Below are positions 34,327-48,628 of a DNA stretch of 64,000 nucleotides, piece by piece. Positions within the stretch are counted from its first letter, which is position 1; every line of letters starts with the position of its first letter. The notes under the pieces were generated by a model that saw nothing but the letters and a program-made list of their open reading frames with translations, searched no databases and had not been told where the DNA came from. This DNA comes from Pocillopora damicornis (Eukaryota), in contig NW_020845941.1 in the NCBI RefSeq assembly GCF_003704095.1, positions 62,001 to 126,000 on the forward strand, written 5' to 3'. The translations under genes were made by a program, and so were the position numbers.

Positions 34327-35487
34327 CTAAACATGTTTTGGCTCGTCTGATGAACTTGCGTCCTCGTCGCCTTGTACCTCGTGGAATCTGGTCTTTTTCG
34401 ATCTGCCATTCGTTTTAGTTTTGGGGCTGCCGTTCATTACGCTGGAACTCATGCTGTAATGGATGTCATCCGAATTAGTCAATGATCTTCCACATGTCCT
34501 CCGCAACAATCGAACAAATGCAGTCCTAAACTCCTTGTTAAATAGTGCGTATATAATGGGATTTAACGTGCTGTTAATTGTCGGTAACACGTACAAAAAT
34601 GTCGCACGCAAACCGTCGAGGACCTCCTTCGAGACTTTAGGTGGTCTCAACAGACTTATGTCCCACAGACTGACCAGCAAAAAGACAAAGAAAGGCAACC
34701 AGCAAACGACAAATCCCCCGATGACAATGGCCAAGGTCTTGGCAGCTTTGACTTCTTTAACGATGTTGATAGAAAACCTTCGACCGCGGCCATCTTGTTT
34801 AGAAAGTTGAGGTTGCAGAGAAGCTACGGCTCGAGCTTGGTTCATGGCCACACGAAATACCAGTCCGTACATGATCAATATGACCATAAGTGGGAAAAAA
34901 AAGTCCGTGACCGTAGTAACAGTGTAAAATATCTTATCTTGCTTATAACACTTTGGAAACCAATTATATGGTGATTGCTGAGAGTCTGTCCAGTTTATGC
35001 CGGAAAGACCCGCCCAGGTTATGGAGTAGGCCCAGATGATTCCGATGATTATCCAAGCTGCCCTTGTGGTCATCAAGGAATGGTACCTGAAAGGGTGCAC
35101 AATGGCGATGTAGCGGTCCACCGAGATGGCAGCCAGGTTATAGATTGATGCACCAGCACAGACCAAATCTATCACGATCCACGTTGAACATAATTCCTTT
35201 CTGGGGCACCAGTAACTATTGTGAATCGTTTGGTCAATACGAAAGGGAACGTACAGAAGAGAGAGCAACAAATCTGACACGGCCAGAGATACGATGAAGT
35301 AATTGGTGACCGTGCGAAGCCGATGATGAAGGTATACAGTCAAGCACACCATGAAGTTTCCCAGGAATGTCACCAGCATGATAAGGATCAGAAATGCTGT
35401 TTGGTAAATGTACTCAAGTTTCGTTTTCTCCTGACATAGCAGTTCCATATTTGGTGTTGGATTGGTTTGGTTCCCTGAACTTGCCAT
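34327..35487 (-). CDS. Biogenic-amine-receptor-like rhodopsin-family GPCR (octopamine/histamine/adrenergic-like), intronless CDS, 386 aa
   Basis: 7TM with GN, LAVSD, D3.32 (WIVIDLVC), DRY, FFFP, KAAKTL, CWLPFF, NPIIY; N-glycosylation sequon NQT near the N-terminus. Confidence 0.95.
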   Translation of the reverse strand: MASSGNQTNPTPNMELLCQEKTKLEYIYQTAFLILIMLVTFLGNFMVCLTVYLHHRLRTVTNYFIVSLAVSDLLLSLLYVPFRIDQTIHNSYWCPRKELCSTWIVIDLVCAGASIYNLAAISVDRYIAIVHPFRYHSLMTTRAAWIIIGIIWAYSITWAGLSGINWTDSQQSPYNWFPKCYKQDKIFYTVTTVTDFFFPLMVILIMYGLVFRVAMNQARAVASLQPQLSKQDGRGRRFSINIVKEVKAAKTLAIVIGGFVVCWLPFFVFLLVSLWDISLLRPPKVSKEVLDGLRATFLYVLPTINSTLNPIIYALFNKEFRTAFVRLLRRTCGRSLTNSDDIHYSMSSSVMNGSPKTKTNGRSKKTRFHEVQGDEDASSSDEPKHV

Positions 35488-35881
35488 GTTCTTTATGACC
35501 TTTAACTCTCGCAGTCTTTGTCCTTTAGTTTTCCAAAGAAAATTCCTTGGTAGTTTGTTAGTTAGAAATCGATGGATGAATTGTTAAGCAATCCTTTCCA
35601 AGATTCAGAGCTTTCCTTTTTAAATCTTTTCTACTTCTTTCTTTGAATACACTACACTCTAAGATGAAACTGTGGTTTCGAAGTGGTTGGTATCTGACTA
35701 ACAGACTAAGCTGACAATTCGCAATGTAAATACCAAGGAGACACACTACTTTGACGTCAAAATGCTTTTAAGGCGAGTGATTATGTCCACGAGTGTAATC
35801 ACCTTTGCGTTCCAAACTGATACCAAGCACTTCTTACTCGTCAAAGGAACTCGCAGAGTGTGGATCTTTGCGAAGTGTTGC
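35488..35881 (-). other. 5'UTR part of the aminergic GPCR coding exon
   Basis: Strong minus-strand acceptor ccttttctcatttttcatgttttgcAG just before 35881; the 394 nt down to the start codon contain no ATG. Confidence 0.65.
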
Positions 35882-38800
35882 CTGCAAAACATGAAAAATG
35901 AGAAAAGGCTTCCTGATAAACATATACATCAAACTATTTCAAAAACACAATCCTCGTAATTTAGGCAATATGTGCGTCGCATGCCTCACAAAGTAAAAAT
36001 CTCTGTTTGGACAATTGTATTAAACCACAGACGCTAATCCCTTTAAAATGTATCTTAATTAGGCATGACCAACATTAGTTCTTGTTAACTTCAAATCAAC
36101 GTCTTTGAGTCCCAGAACAGATCTTTTTGGAACGTAAGGCGTTTCATATATGACGTTCTAAATTCAATTAAGGATAAAAGGAAAAATTCTTCGAACTTCA
36201 TGAACGCGTTCGAAAATTTATAATAAAAGAATTCAATTAGGACATTGAATGTTGTTTCGCACATGTACAATGGACTGAAAGCATTGTCCATTAAAATGAT
36301 TTGGTGGTGTCATCAGAAAGTAGATAACGAACATAACATACGAGAATTATAATTATTTTGTTACCATTCGACCTGGAAGCCGAATATCGATAAGCCTCTT
36401 TGCAAGTAGGTGTTGGGCTCGCTCGGTGGATAAAATACTAGATTTTTAGTAAGACATATTTACGGTTCAGTCCAGAAAAATTGAAATGAAAAATTTAACC
36501 CACACACAAAAAGCACTGGAACAATATCAGATACAATGGCTTCGTCTAATGGTCTTTCATTTAGATCTCAGTTGAATATAATTAGGTATCAATACCAGCA
36601 GGGCTTTTCAACGTAATATTCCACACATTTTGGTTCAGTTTCTTACTGTAAGGTAACGATCAAAACATTTACGGCACAGCAAGGAAACTCACAGGAAAAC
36701 TTCAAGAAATATCGACGGTATTCGCTCGCCAGCTAACACACACAAATTTGTTTCATACAAAAGAGGCCTGTACAGCACTGGCACGGAAACAATCGCCTTT
36801 ATCAGCTTCATCCCCGATGATAAAAAGTTTCCGAGACGGAAATTGATAATTTCCCTCGAGCCATGAATTTCCTCCTCTCACTTTCACGAGAAACATAGTT
36901 TTAACCTTATAGTTTCAGGTAGTAATCTACCTTTATCGCGACGATTTATTTGCCCATCTGACAGCCTAATTACCGTGGAGTGGTTTCTATAGTAACTACA
37001 ATTAAAAGTCAGATGGATGAACAACTGTTCTTTCTCTTTATTATAGTCATTTCTTCGAGCAAATAAATATACCTTTGCAACCTCGTTTGCAGTCGATAGA
37101 ACTTGAAATTTTAATGTTGAACGACAGCGAAAAAAATTGTCAGAAGGAACATGATAACTACACCGTATGTGTTCTACTTCTTTTCGATCGTTTAGATCTC
37201 GGGGCGGCTTATCCATGAAAGAGCCATTCTTCACATGTTGACATAAAAAGGCGAAAGAAAATAAGCAAGCTTAATCTCCGTGACTGTTTTCGTACAAGTA
37301 ACTTAAAATAAGTTGTTCAAAACTGACAAAAGACGTACAGACCTCTCAAAAACGCCGCGAGGCATCCCAATGAAGTCAAAGGCACGCGTGCGAGCTAATT
37401 GTCAAAATAGACTACTCTCACAACAACTATTACCAGTCTACGGGAGTGTTTCGCCAAAAACAAATAACTCGCTACTGAAGTACAATATAGCTTCTATACT
37501 GAGATCCTACTGCATCAAAACCGACTGGGTTGACTCAGTCGATTCCGTATGAGGAAACCAAAAAATACCAAGAATAAGAAACGAACAAACCTTACAGCGA
37601 GTTTGTATCCCTGTTGGCTTTAAAAATGCTCTACCCACGGTTTTCAGTAAGAAAATTAACATTTTGGCAAAAGAAAGCACCGAGGCACGTTCAACGCTCT
37701 TCTTGTTAGTGGTACATGAAGGAAATGTATTGATTCCTCTGCGTATCAATCTAAGAAGAGGCGTCGGTCTGACATGCAATTATCAAAGATCTTTAAGATA
37801 AATATCGGCTTGCCACCTGAACAACACTTGCGCTTATTACAGGGAAAATTGATTTGCAATAATGAGCTTGAGTGTCAAAAGCACTTCCAATAAGGCCCAT
37901 TCGCTAATTGCCTGAAAAGAAAAAGTGTTGGCCTTGTTTTTCTTTTTTTTATTTTTTTCCATTCGAAGTTGCTTCTACAACCAAAGGAAGCGTCTAAGTA
38001 CATTTGAATCATTTGGAAGAATATGTTACCCGGTTACCTTTTTTAGAAAGATGTCACAGCATAGTTTGCATAGGATAAGGAAAAACAAAGTCTTTGGTTA
38101 ATGTGAGCTTCATTGATTATGAAACATACTCACAATTGCAAGGTTATTTTCATTAAAATGTTTGTTATGGCCACTGTGATAAAACTGAAATAAAAAATGA
38201 AAAAAAGGGTGCCACTATACAAAACAAAATTAATCACTATTTTGAAACATTACCGGAAATAAGTTACTTGAAAAGCTTTGATTAACGAAAGAAAACGATT
38301 CATCACAGAGCTCTTCTGTAAGGTTTCAAGTGTCTTAGATCGGCTCGAACCGTGGTGGATAATTTCGGGAGCAGAGCGGTAGTCTGTCGAGTTGACATTT
38401 GTATTATTAAACTTCCTTTGTTTACATAGGTGTTTAGTAATTGATTCATACCGGAAAATATATGTATCTGACTGTCCATGTGTTTCCACTGATTCTACCA
38501 TTATTTTGCTAGAATGAAATATTTCAATCAATTAGCTGTGTTAGCTAGCTAAGTAGTGTAGTTTACCTTAAATTACGAATACGAAAAAAAAAGAAAATGC
38601 ATTTATCTTGCATTTGTAGGGTCATAGGATCATTTGCGGTCCCGGGATCATTTGCGGAGCTGTACAGTAGTGAGAACTATGAAAACGTCTTTGAACAGCT
38701 ACAACGAAGCATTTAATCTTGAATTTAAAACTCTCGTTGACACGATCTTTTTAACAACTTGAAATTATGGAATTGTAAAATTGCGCAACTACTATGTTGC

Positions 38801-40480
38801 CTTCGCGACGGATAATTCATGATTCCGTAAATCCGTACATGATTACTTATTCAGAAGCTTCCACAAACTCTATATGACTATTGCTTACAAAAAAATTCTC
38901 TCTTTTCACAAAAAAGGGATATTTGAATTTGAAATTGCATAGGTGAGCTTGAACAGTTTTAAAGTTGCTATCGGATAGCTTGTGTTAATATCTGTCAATA
39001 TGGAGTGCTCAAGAATAGTCGAGACTAATTGAAATATATGGGTCATGAAATCATTCCTAAAAATTTTACTCAACGCAATTATTATGGCAAAAACAGGAAT
39101 TGCTTTAAAATACGTGCGAATTTGTCGAAAAACGTCCAAGTTATTTGTCCCCGCCCTTTCCTTGAATAAGATTAGATCAGATAAAACTGTAATGGAAAAG
39201 AAGGAAAAACGCGCACGAACGAAGACTCGCGCCAATAAGTATCCGTACGAGAAAGAAAACGGGTTTGACTTCAGATATTGGCAAACATTTCTTCAGGCTT
39301 CTTGCCAAGAAAACTTAATGCATGAGTTTTTTTTTCTCAGCTATTGAAATTAGCAACAAGGCCGCGGCATGTTCATCGATAGATTAAAGCAACTTGATAG
39401 ACTTTTGAACGCTGATATCATTACTATGATCACTTAATTAAACTGCTTTGATATTTAATTGCATACAGCCTTAGTGGGTGATTGAAGAATGACTGATCCC
39501 TGACCCAAAAGGTTAGTGTTAGAACGTAATTATATATTTTTGTTAACTGACAGTAGACGAAACTCATATCCACAGTTTTACACATAACAAATTACAATTT
39601 TCTAAACGTGAATAAAGTTTAGATCTTTTTCCGCAAGTGTGAGTTCCATTTCCTATCCATTTCCGATTATACAAATACTCGCGTGTTCCTGCATCTTCTT
39701 CTAAGTTATCTGCTGACCGTACAACATATAAAACGTTGTGAATGGAGATTTCCCTTTAGCAGAAAAACAATCCATGAAAGTAATCTTTCGATAACCTTCG
39801 GTTGAATCTTATCATCCGAGATATCTCAGGTTTAAGCTGTCTGTTATCGATGTTTAGTCTGTGTTCGGGATTACATTCGCCTTATTGTAAACCATGCTTC
39901 TGTCCAAAAATAAAATCTATCGAAATCCTAGGAATTTCATGAACTCTGTCAGCGAAAGTCGCCTGAACTTCTATTTTCCCTACAATTTCGAATCGTGACC
40001 GCGAAGTTTTGAAGAAGGAACGAGAAGTCCTTGAAACGTGCTCTTTCCGCCTGGCGTCACTCAGTCAGAGAATTGAACATTTGGTGAACATAGACGTCTA
40101 CTCCTCTACGGTCATGGACAATAGTGATAATTTGTGCAATGGAACGTGAAATAAATACATCTCATTCATGACACGTATTTTTCCCTTCAGCACGCGGTTT
40201 CACAAGCATTTTCGACTTCGAAACTGAAGGACATAAATCATACTGATATACCCACCTACAGAGAAGCCTTCGTAAGAGTTCGCGCTCTAGAACAAGTAAT
40301 CAATTCCAGAAAGAGCTATTATTTCAAGATCTACTGTTATTTTTTCTTAACACTTGTGTAAATATTTTACCCGATACGCCAAACTCCTTTCAAAGGATTT
40401 TACGGATAAGGTACCACAAAAATTGGCATTACCAGCCAAAAAAAACATCGAGAGAGACAGTCAAGTTTAACACAACTCAC

Positions 40481-40728
40481 CTTGTCGGCAGTATTAATAA
40501 CCACAAAGGCTTGTTCGTTACTAGCGCCGTAAAATTATAACGAACCGTTACCAGATGTGAAGTTACTAAGAAACCGGTCGAGGGGATGGTTTAAATGCTG
40601 GAAGTTTGCCACTTAAACAAAAATTTTTTTCCCCGCCGGTTTACCGCTTCCCAAAGGCGAGGTAACTAAGCTGCTCCGGTCCGTGACCTTCGTGTAAAGT
40701 GCGGCTTCGATTTTAAATACTATATACG
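40481..40728 (-). promoter_or_regulatory. Candidate non-coding first exon and TATA region of the aminergic GPCR
   Basis: AAG|GTGAGT donor at 40480; about 210 nt ATG-free, CpG-rich segment; TATATAGTATTTAAAA at 40726-40711. Confidence 0.5.
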
Positions 40729-41911
40729 TTAAATTGCAGCAAAGGGAGCATATCTTACATCTTTCATGAAAAGTTTGCCTCTTCCGACGGAGGTTTTGAC
40801 CTCAAAAGGGCTTAGGATTTGACAGCCTGATCTCTGCGTCACTTCGATAAGACTTATCAATTATAAAAATAAGTTTGGTTTTTTTACAACAAGAATCGCA
40901 CGAAACTAATGTTGCGCAACTTTGGTTGTAGTCACCAAAAGGAAATATGGCCATTCGTACTGTTCAACTTTGCGTCATTAAGAGATTAATCTATGATGCA
41001 AATGAGGTCACTAGGTAAGACGTTCGGCGTTCATGTTGAAAAAAAAAAGGGAATGACGAAAACAGGCAGAAAGAATAGTTACAAGAGAGGATAACAAATT
41101 ATGCTTCCTGATCTAAAGTTACGGCTTGTTGACACAAGGAACTTTTTCTCGGCACAGGTCAACATTTAACTGAACTCAGTGGAGAATCTTTAAAAGATTA
41201 CGTGCTAGAAAAGAACTTCTTTAAAATCCTTCACACTTTCCCAGAAGGTCGACCCTATCACGTCATCTACAGCAGCTGACAAAATTCCTCCTTTGCTGAT
41301 AAATATTTCGTAACATCCCCCCTAGTCCAGGAAGTACTTGTTATATCTTTCCATCGACATTACCAGGCCAAACGCTTCCGCAAGAAAAATCTGTTCTTTT
41401 AGTCGCAATTTAACCACACCACGTAGGAAAAAAATTCTTGTTGAGTTTTCTCATTATTTCATGACTCCTATCATGAATCATAACAGACACATTGGTCGAA
41501 TAATCCAGGTCCTAAAAAGCTACTCGATAAGAAATAAGCTTTTCCACAATCTTCTCCCGAATTATTTATGTGAAATTAAAATCTTCATTACTTTTTGTGG
41601 CCAGAGCACGCGATCGATACAATTTTGTTTTCAATACTTTGTCTCTTGTAAGTCACAATGTTGATGCTGTGCGACACAATTGAGAGTGTAACGTTCAATT
41701 CATTATATAGCTTCGTTCTGGGGTCTAAAACATTTTTAATTGCTCCATGACCGAAAAAAAACGACATAAATACAATTCCTGTGACAGTTTAATAGCTTCA
41801 CAAAAAGTTAGCTGTTACAATTCCTTTTCCACAAATTAAATGAAGTAAGATTCAAATGACCTGCGGATGAAAATCAAGCAAACACCCTCTTAAATTTTTC
41901 CTCTCCTAACA

Positions 41912-42035
41912 TGTGGCTTCAGAGCTCAGTTGGTAGTGAGGTTCAACTAGTACCTGGAAGGCCTGGGTTCGAATGTCATCAAGGCCGGAATTTTTCCGGC
42001 TACTCTTCTACAGTTGTTTAAATTACAGTCCACCT
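41912..42035 (+). mobile_element. tRNA-derived SINE remnant
   Basis: Pol III A box (AGAGCTCAGTTGGTAG) and B box (GGTTCGAAT) at tRNA spacing; no acceptor-stem pairing; non-tRNA tail. Confidence 0.7.
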
Positions 42036-45000
42036 TTGCTTAAATCTTTTATTTGTAATTCGCTGAAGTTTTACGAATCGTTCCTCACACTTGATGATCT
42101 TTAAATCAGTCAGCTGGTAATCACAGTCTTAAAGGGTAACCTTGTGGTGCATATAAGATACATTAAGACCGTGGAAAAGAGAAAAAAACAAAATGGATTG
42201 GGTGATTTTCATCGACTGCTAACTCCCAGGGTGATCGGTACTTATTTTCTCCGTACAATTATCAAAATAAAGTTAGGCACAACGGCGATAAGAAGACATA
42301 AAATAAAATCAAGCAGACAATGTTATTTGATTTGACACCAAATTCTCGCCGTTAAAATTCCAAGAAATACGTGGCAGACGGATGGGGGAATTTAAAAGAG
42401 ATTTTGGCGATGAAAGATTTGTGATCCAAACATACTCAGCGACAAGTCGCCGCTTGTCTTCCTGCTGCAATAACTGCATGAATTCAAATCGAATGTTTCC
42501 TTGACAAAGATTTAGTTGGGGGCAAATCAAATTTCTCTCCCAGAACTCATAGTCAACTGAAGGAAATTGTCGTTGTGAATTAGCTCCGAGTTAAGCTGCA
42601 TGTCAGGGGGCAGGTGCACTAAATTCTGGGAGCCCCTGGAAGGAACTACGCGGCACTTCCAAACTTGAATTATAAAAAAAACACAAAAAAGAGAGAATGA
42701 GAGAGGAAATCAGTCATTACGATGATGATTGGTTTTGAAATATGAAAAGAAGATCGACAAAAATGGGCGCCCAAACCGAATGAAATATGTAAATCCTCGA
42801 AGAAAAATGAAGATCAAAATATAGATATCATTGAATCATATAACACTATGTAATTCACAACGATATATTGCATAACTATTTGTAAGATGCCCTTTTTTCT
42901 GCCAGAGTTTTTATGTTCTCGATACAATCTGCTACAAATTTCTCCTTTTGTTGCTTGAGTTTTGGTTAAATATCATTAACTCGAGTTATATACCACGATC
43001 TATGGCTCTTTCATCTTCTTGATCATTTAACAACACTGCTTTACTCACCGACCGAGAAAGTTGCACTGCAGAAGTAAATGTATTTGTAAAAATCTAAATT
43101 TCGATTTAAAAGCAATTATTTTTTTATCGTTTTCGACGCAGAAGTCTTTCTCAATTCTAAATTGTTAGATTTAACATATGATTATGGCTGGGTAAGCAGG
43201 TGAACGAAAATTTCTTGCGATGCACCAACACTTCTGTATGAGTCGCGCTGGTCGATAAAGAATTTCCAATGGGGTGTTTTTTTCCTTCTTAACGAGCAGT
43301 ATGCTGAGCTCGCCTCAGATACGGCTATCAGCTCATTCACAATTTAGGGGTTCTGTACCCAGAGGGCGCACTCGTCTTTAAAAAAGGCTGCCTGCGATCC
43401 TGATTTCAAAATTGCGCGTTTCGTAATACTTAGTTGCTAGAGGTACGCTTTCCTACGCGTAAATTTTAAGTATCGAGAAAACCCGATCAGAGGAAACACT
43501 CGGAAACTACTCGAGTCGGCAAATAAATTATTACATCTTGCTACAGCTCTTGAGAATATTCTTTAGTCTTTCTATCGCATGCTAATTCTACACACCAAAC
43601 TAACAGTACCATAGCACTCACTTCGAAGCTAATTCCATACCAAACTTTGCCCCACTGTTGACTTTTTTCTATTTTTCCATTCTTTAAAATACAGTTGGGG
43701 CAATAAACCATACCTGTCACAGTTAAGAATCCTGTGTAAAACCATATTGCACGTTGCGCCGGTTGCATTCGCTCGCTTTTTCAATGCAGTCAAAGTCCAT
43801 GTTAAATGCTATCTCATATTTGCCGTGGCAAAGTCGCGCCTATCAATATGACTGGATCCTGAAACAATGCCAGGCTCTTACTTTTGTGACAAGAGATTTC
43901 TGATAATGCGCGCAGGCTACAAATTATACATTCCCCGTCAATGTCGACTTATGTTCGAGCATATTAATCGAGATTTTTTTCGTTGGCACAATAATGAGTC
44001 GTAAAAAGAGCTTAAGTAGAAATTTCCAGCCAATTGGCAGGTCAACAGACCAGCCGCAAAGTTTCGCTATGGTCTTTCTTACTGATAATGAATATTTTTA
44101 GGATCATTTATCTTAAGTCTGCCATTGTTTACAAAACCCGGTGGTCTCGCAAACTTTCTTTAACGCTGAATGTCACAATTAACATTTCTCAATCGTTTTC
44201 CGTCATTCGGAATTGAAAGCTGATCCAAAGCTCACCGATATTGCATATGAATTTATTACCGTGTAAATGACCACAAATAATCTTCTCCCTTTAAATCAAC
44301 CCACTTCTTCAATAATGAAAAAATCGTTCTTCCGAGATAATTTACCCGTGCGACTGGCCACAGAAGTTATTTTCTGTTCAAATTATAGCACTCCTGACAC
44401 ACTCGAGAATCAAAATTAATTAAAAAAAACAATTTCGTAAATATCACCTTAATCTTTTCCCGACAAATTTAATATTAATATTTCCCAGAAGGGTAAAACA
44501 TATTCGTCGACTTAGGGCTTACACATATTTGCATTAATAACTGATAAATGGTTTTTTACCACGTATTTTTCTTCGGACTGAAGTGAGTTAAAATATTGGA
44601 ATTATTTCCCTTTCGCACGACTTTACAACCAGGGGGAGGGGGAGATTTCTGTCGGTAGACTTGGTTATTGGAAAACGTGCTCGAAATCGTAATCTAAGGG
44701 TGCTAGTTTGATTTGTCCCCTTTCCAAGAAAATTCTTATAACAGCTTAATTTTCACACTTGGGAGGCATTTTCAATCTTTTTTTTAATTTACATTTTGAA
44801 AGATATTTTCGTGAATTTACGCCAAAAAAAATTATGAAAATGTTATTGCTTTTTTGCAAAAAAAAATTATTTTGCCCAAACTCAACCCTAGGATCACACT
44901 GAAGATCGAAATAAAAAGATTTTTTTTAACGTTTAAAGACTCAACTTAAAGAAAAGAACGAAGAGAGAAGAACATGTCTAAAGACTTCCTGATGTACATC

Positions 45001-47459
45001 TTAGTCCCTAAGTTAATGACAAAAATGTCCAGAAAAGATGCTTTTGCGGTCAGTAAAATTACCACTTGCCGGTATAATATGTTGTTTACAGCGTCACACA
45101 CTTTGAAAATCAAGATTTATACAATTTGTCTTTGTCAGGTTCGCTGAGGCAATGAATAAGTTAAACACCTCATTCGCAATCTGGTTCAATTTGCTAAACT
45201 TCTTTAAACTGTCAACTTTTTTAATTTGTCGTATTTGCTATGCTTTGTCAAATGCTGAACTCGTTTGCACCCTGACCGAAAATCAGATCGAACTGTTATA
45301 AAACTGAGATAAAAAAGTATAATCTACCTCGTCAAATTAAATGAACCTACTCGATATAACCACTAAATGATTTTCGACTAGCGTTAAAAAAAAAAAAAAT
45401 TAAGCTACCTGTAACTTTGTCGATCAACAAGAAAAACATTTAAACTGATTTACATCAAAAGCAGCTTTTGAAAGAAACTAATAGATTTACTATTACTTAC
45501 GGTACGGTAATGCTCGTAAAGCTATCCGTCCCCGTGCAAAATTCACCGTAGAGTGGGGAACTTTGCAGCAATGAAGTTGACACTGAAAACCACACCTACG
45601 AAAGCGATTACAAAATTAAAGTTTTTTTTTATGCCGGCCCTTTTAGAATTAAAGGGAATAACCCCACGCTCGGATCGAATTAAGGGATAAAGATTCCTGA
45701 CGCATCACTTAATCGCTTGACATTGTATTTTAGCACTTGGTGTGCGATTCTCAAAGCCCCCGACTGGAAAAAAAAACAACTATTGAAAGGGTTAGTTCGA
45801 TTAAAAACCGGTTTCAATTTATTATCAACATGATGGTAAAAATCCTTTATTTTCTCTTGTTCAGTCCTTCGATTGAAGTAATCCAATTCTACATTATTGT
45901 GTAATCTCAATCAGGAACACTCATGAATAAATCTTAAATTGTTTTGATTAACTCAGCTATCTTGCTTTAAAACTCTTTGTCATGTTTTTTTTTATTATTA
46001 TTTTGTCTTGTTTAATTTTTTTGATGTTCTACGTGATCCCACGTGTCTACTTGACTACTTAAGCGCTGGGTGTTTGCCAGTTTCACCGATCCATAGAATC
46101 AATTATATACAAGTCATATGCTGGTCATCGAGCGAACTTTTTCCCCGCTCAGTCTCATCAAACATATGTAAGTCACATGCTAGCCACCGAACAATTCCTG
46201 GTGAGTTTTACACGACATCAAACTGAGCCCTAAAACGCTCACGAACGGTTATGAAAGCGCAAAAAGCACGGAAAGTTGCAACGCAGATTGAGGGTGGAAT
46301 AGCGAAGGTTCATAACTATCAACATAATTAATTTTAGAAAAACCTCGAAAAAAGGAGAAAGAATATTAAAATTTTTTTTTACGTTATTCAAATTTTGGAA
46401 CAAAATCCACGTTTTCATTGTTAAACAAGAAATTTGTCAGTGATTATTATATTCAGCCTGGGGCAAAGTATTTGATGCACCGCTTAGACGTGTCGGAATT
46501 AGAGAATTAATCTTTGTCAAGTTGTGTGTTTTCTTTTTATTCTTTTAATCTGACGGTTGCTTTGAGAATTTGAACTTTAACACTTCCTTCCATTTTCCAG
46601 CTGCAATACTTAAGAAATCAGTGAATAGCCTTGAACAGCGAGATAAGCGGCGATTCGCAAAAGGCTGAATGCTTATTTTAAATTGATTTCAAGGCTGTTT
46701 ACATTTTCAGGAAGAGAACAATCATTTCCCCATGCTGCGAGCTCGTGAAAGTACTTTTTAAAAAACAGCAGTTTAAAATGAATAATCTGAACTCCCCGGC
46801 TAAGTTCAATTTACCTGATTGCTTTGAATCCTGTTTTATTCAGTTTCTAATCCAAGTAATCTTTTAGAGTTCTCTTTTATTATTTTTATTCATTAGAGCA
46901 TCCCTAGGCAAAACAATGACGAGCGACGGAAATTATTTTTGCAAAATTATAAACATGGCACGACAAAAATTATTGTTAATAGATATCTGACGGATATTTT
47001 AGATATTATAGGAATGAATATCGAAAGCAATGCTTGTGGTTACGAACCAAAAATAAAAATATCAACATCTTTCAACATTGGTTCGAGAAGCCAAATGTGG
47101 AATTTCCGAAATTATTAACCACAATTCCTACAGGTAGGGTTTCTCTTTCATTGATTCCATTTAATATATTCGTGCGAAATATGTTTTGTCAAATCGACTT
47201 TATCAAATAAAATTCTGACAAAAAAAAATGTCACAACAAATCATTCTCAACACTGTTTCGCCGTGATTGTATCGGATCTCATTTTAGCTCTGTGATTTGA
47301 AAGTTTTTGACATCTTGTTTGTTGAATCACTGCAGTTTTCTTCAATTTTTGCTTCTGGCCCGGCGAAATCCGGTTTCTAATCAAGCCTCGACATCAGAAC
47401 TCTACGAATTTTCAGTCTACTCCGGCAAAGTAAGGATTTTACATATCATACAAACTCAC

Positions 47460-47562
47460 CGCTCGGTCGACTATGTAGTGCGATCTTCAATCGCACATGA
47501 TAGATGTAGGCAGCAGAGCTTGAAGACCTGCTGAAAGCTGGCTTAGAGAGTACAGTTTTATA
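47460..47562 (-). promoter_or_regulatory. Candidate TATA/Inr promoter with a ~72-nt non-coding first exon
   Basis: TATAAAA at 47562-47556, TTTCAG Inr-like site about 30 nt downstream, GCG|GTGAGT donor at 47459. Confidence 0.4.
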
Positions 47563-48540
47563 GTAGATAATAATTTGCGCAGCGTGAGTAACGCAGCAGT
47601 GAATAACACCGGATGTGACTCTACGGTTGACGACGAAATTGATCATAAAACCAAGCACGTACCAACTTGTCAAATGGATTAATGCAATATCGGCATTACA
47701 TAAAATGTGAAAAAACACCATGATGTCAACTTATGAGCCGGATTCTCCTAAGCGTTTTGTTAATGCTCTTAAATTGAACTCCGAACGAAAAATTTTTCTC
47801 AAAATAAACTAAATTACAAACAATTTAACGGACCATTAGAAACACAAATCCCGAGGTTGTTGAGCGAGCGATGAAAAGAAGCGCGTGACTTTGCATGACC
47901 CCCTGACGTATTCACGTTTGACGGAAGAGAATAAGAACTACCATTAGCCTAAACTAAAACCTTGGTAAAAAGTCAAAAAAAAAAAGAAGGAAAACGAGTT
48001 TAGTTTTGGTTGCATAACCGTTCTTTCTGAAATTTTTTGAATTTTTGCTCGTTTATTTGCTTCATTTCTTCTTGAACGCCTGTCGATACTTTTCAACCTT
48101 CTGTAATGAGACGAATAGGCTACTTAAATCAAACGTTTACTGAACCATTCTACCTACGTTTTATACAAGTTTTACAGTCGTACTTTCTCTCAATCACTGG
48201 TTGTTAAGTAAAGTTGTTCCCCCTTCTGGTATTCTTTATGAATTTAACTCAGTTAGACTTGAACAACTGAGCTGACTCAGTGAGGATATCTTTGGTGCAC
48301 AGAAATGACTTCCACTTGCCTTAAATATAAGGTAAAGAGAATCATATCTACATGTATTTCAATTTCTTCATTGTTGTTTACAAAAAAATTTACGCGGAGA
48401 AATTTCATCCGGCCAATGTAATGAACGGTTTATCAGTAGAGGAGATGAAGATGTAAAAAAGCCACATGGAAAGAAAAGTTATTCTCGATCGGAGGGTTTG
48501 CAATGGAGAATTCAAGGACATCGACGCGGTCCACAAAAAA

Positions 48541-48628
48541 TACATGATGGAACCTCTCCTGTGGGACACTTCTATTCAGGGGACACTGGCCCTGTTCCAG
48601 AACCCCTGAATGGAGGTTACTCTGCATA
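48541..48628. mobile_element. Short, internally deleted MITE related to 13088-13320
   Basis: GGAACCTCT...CTATTCAGGGGACAC...CCCCTGAATGGAGGTT. Confidence 0.5.

Noticed and set aside
41915-41990. tRNA gene
   Set aside because: A and B boxes are present but acceptor and anticodon stems do not pair; better explained as a SINE head
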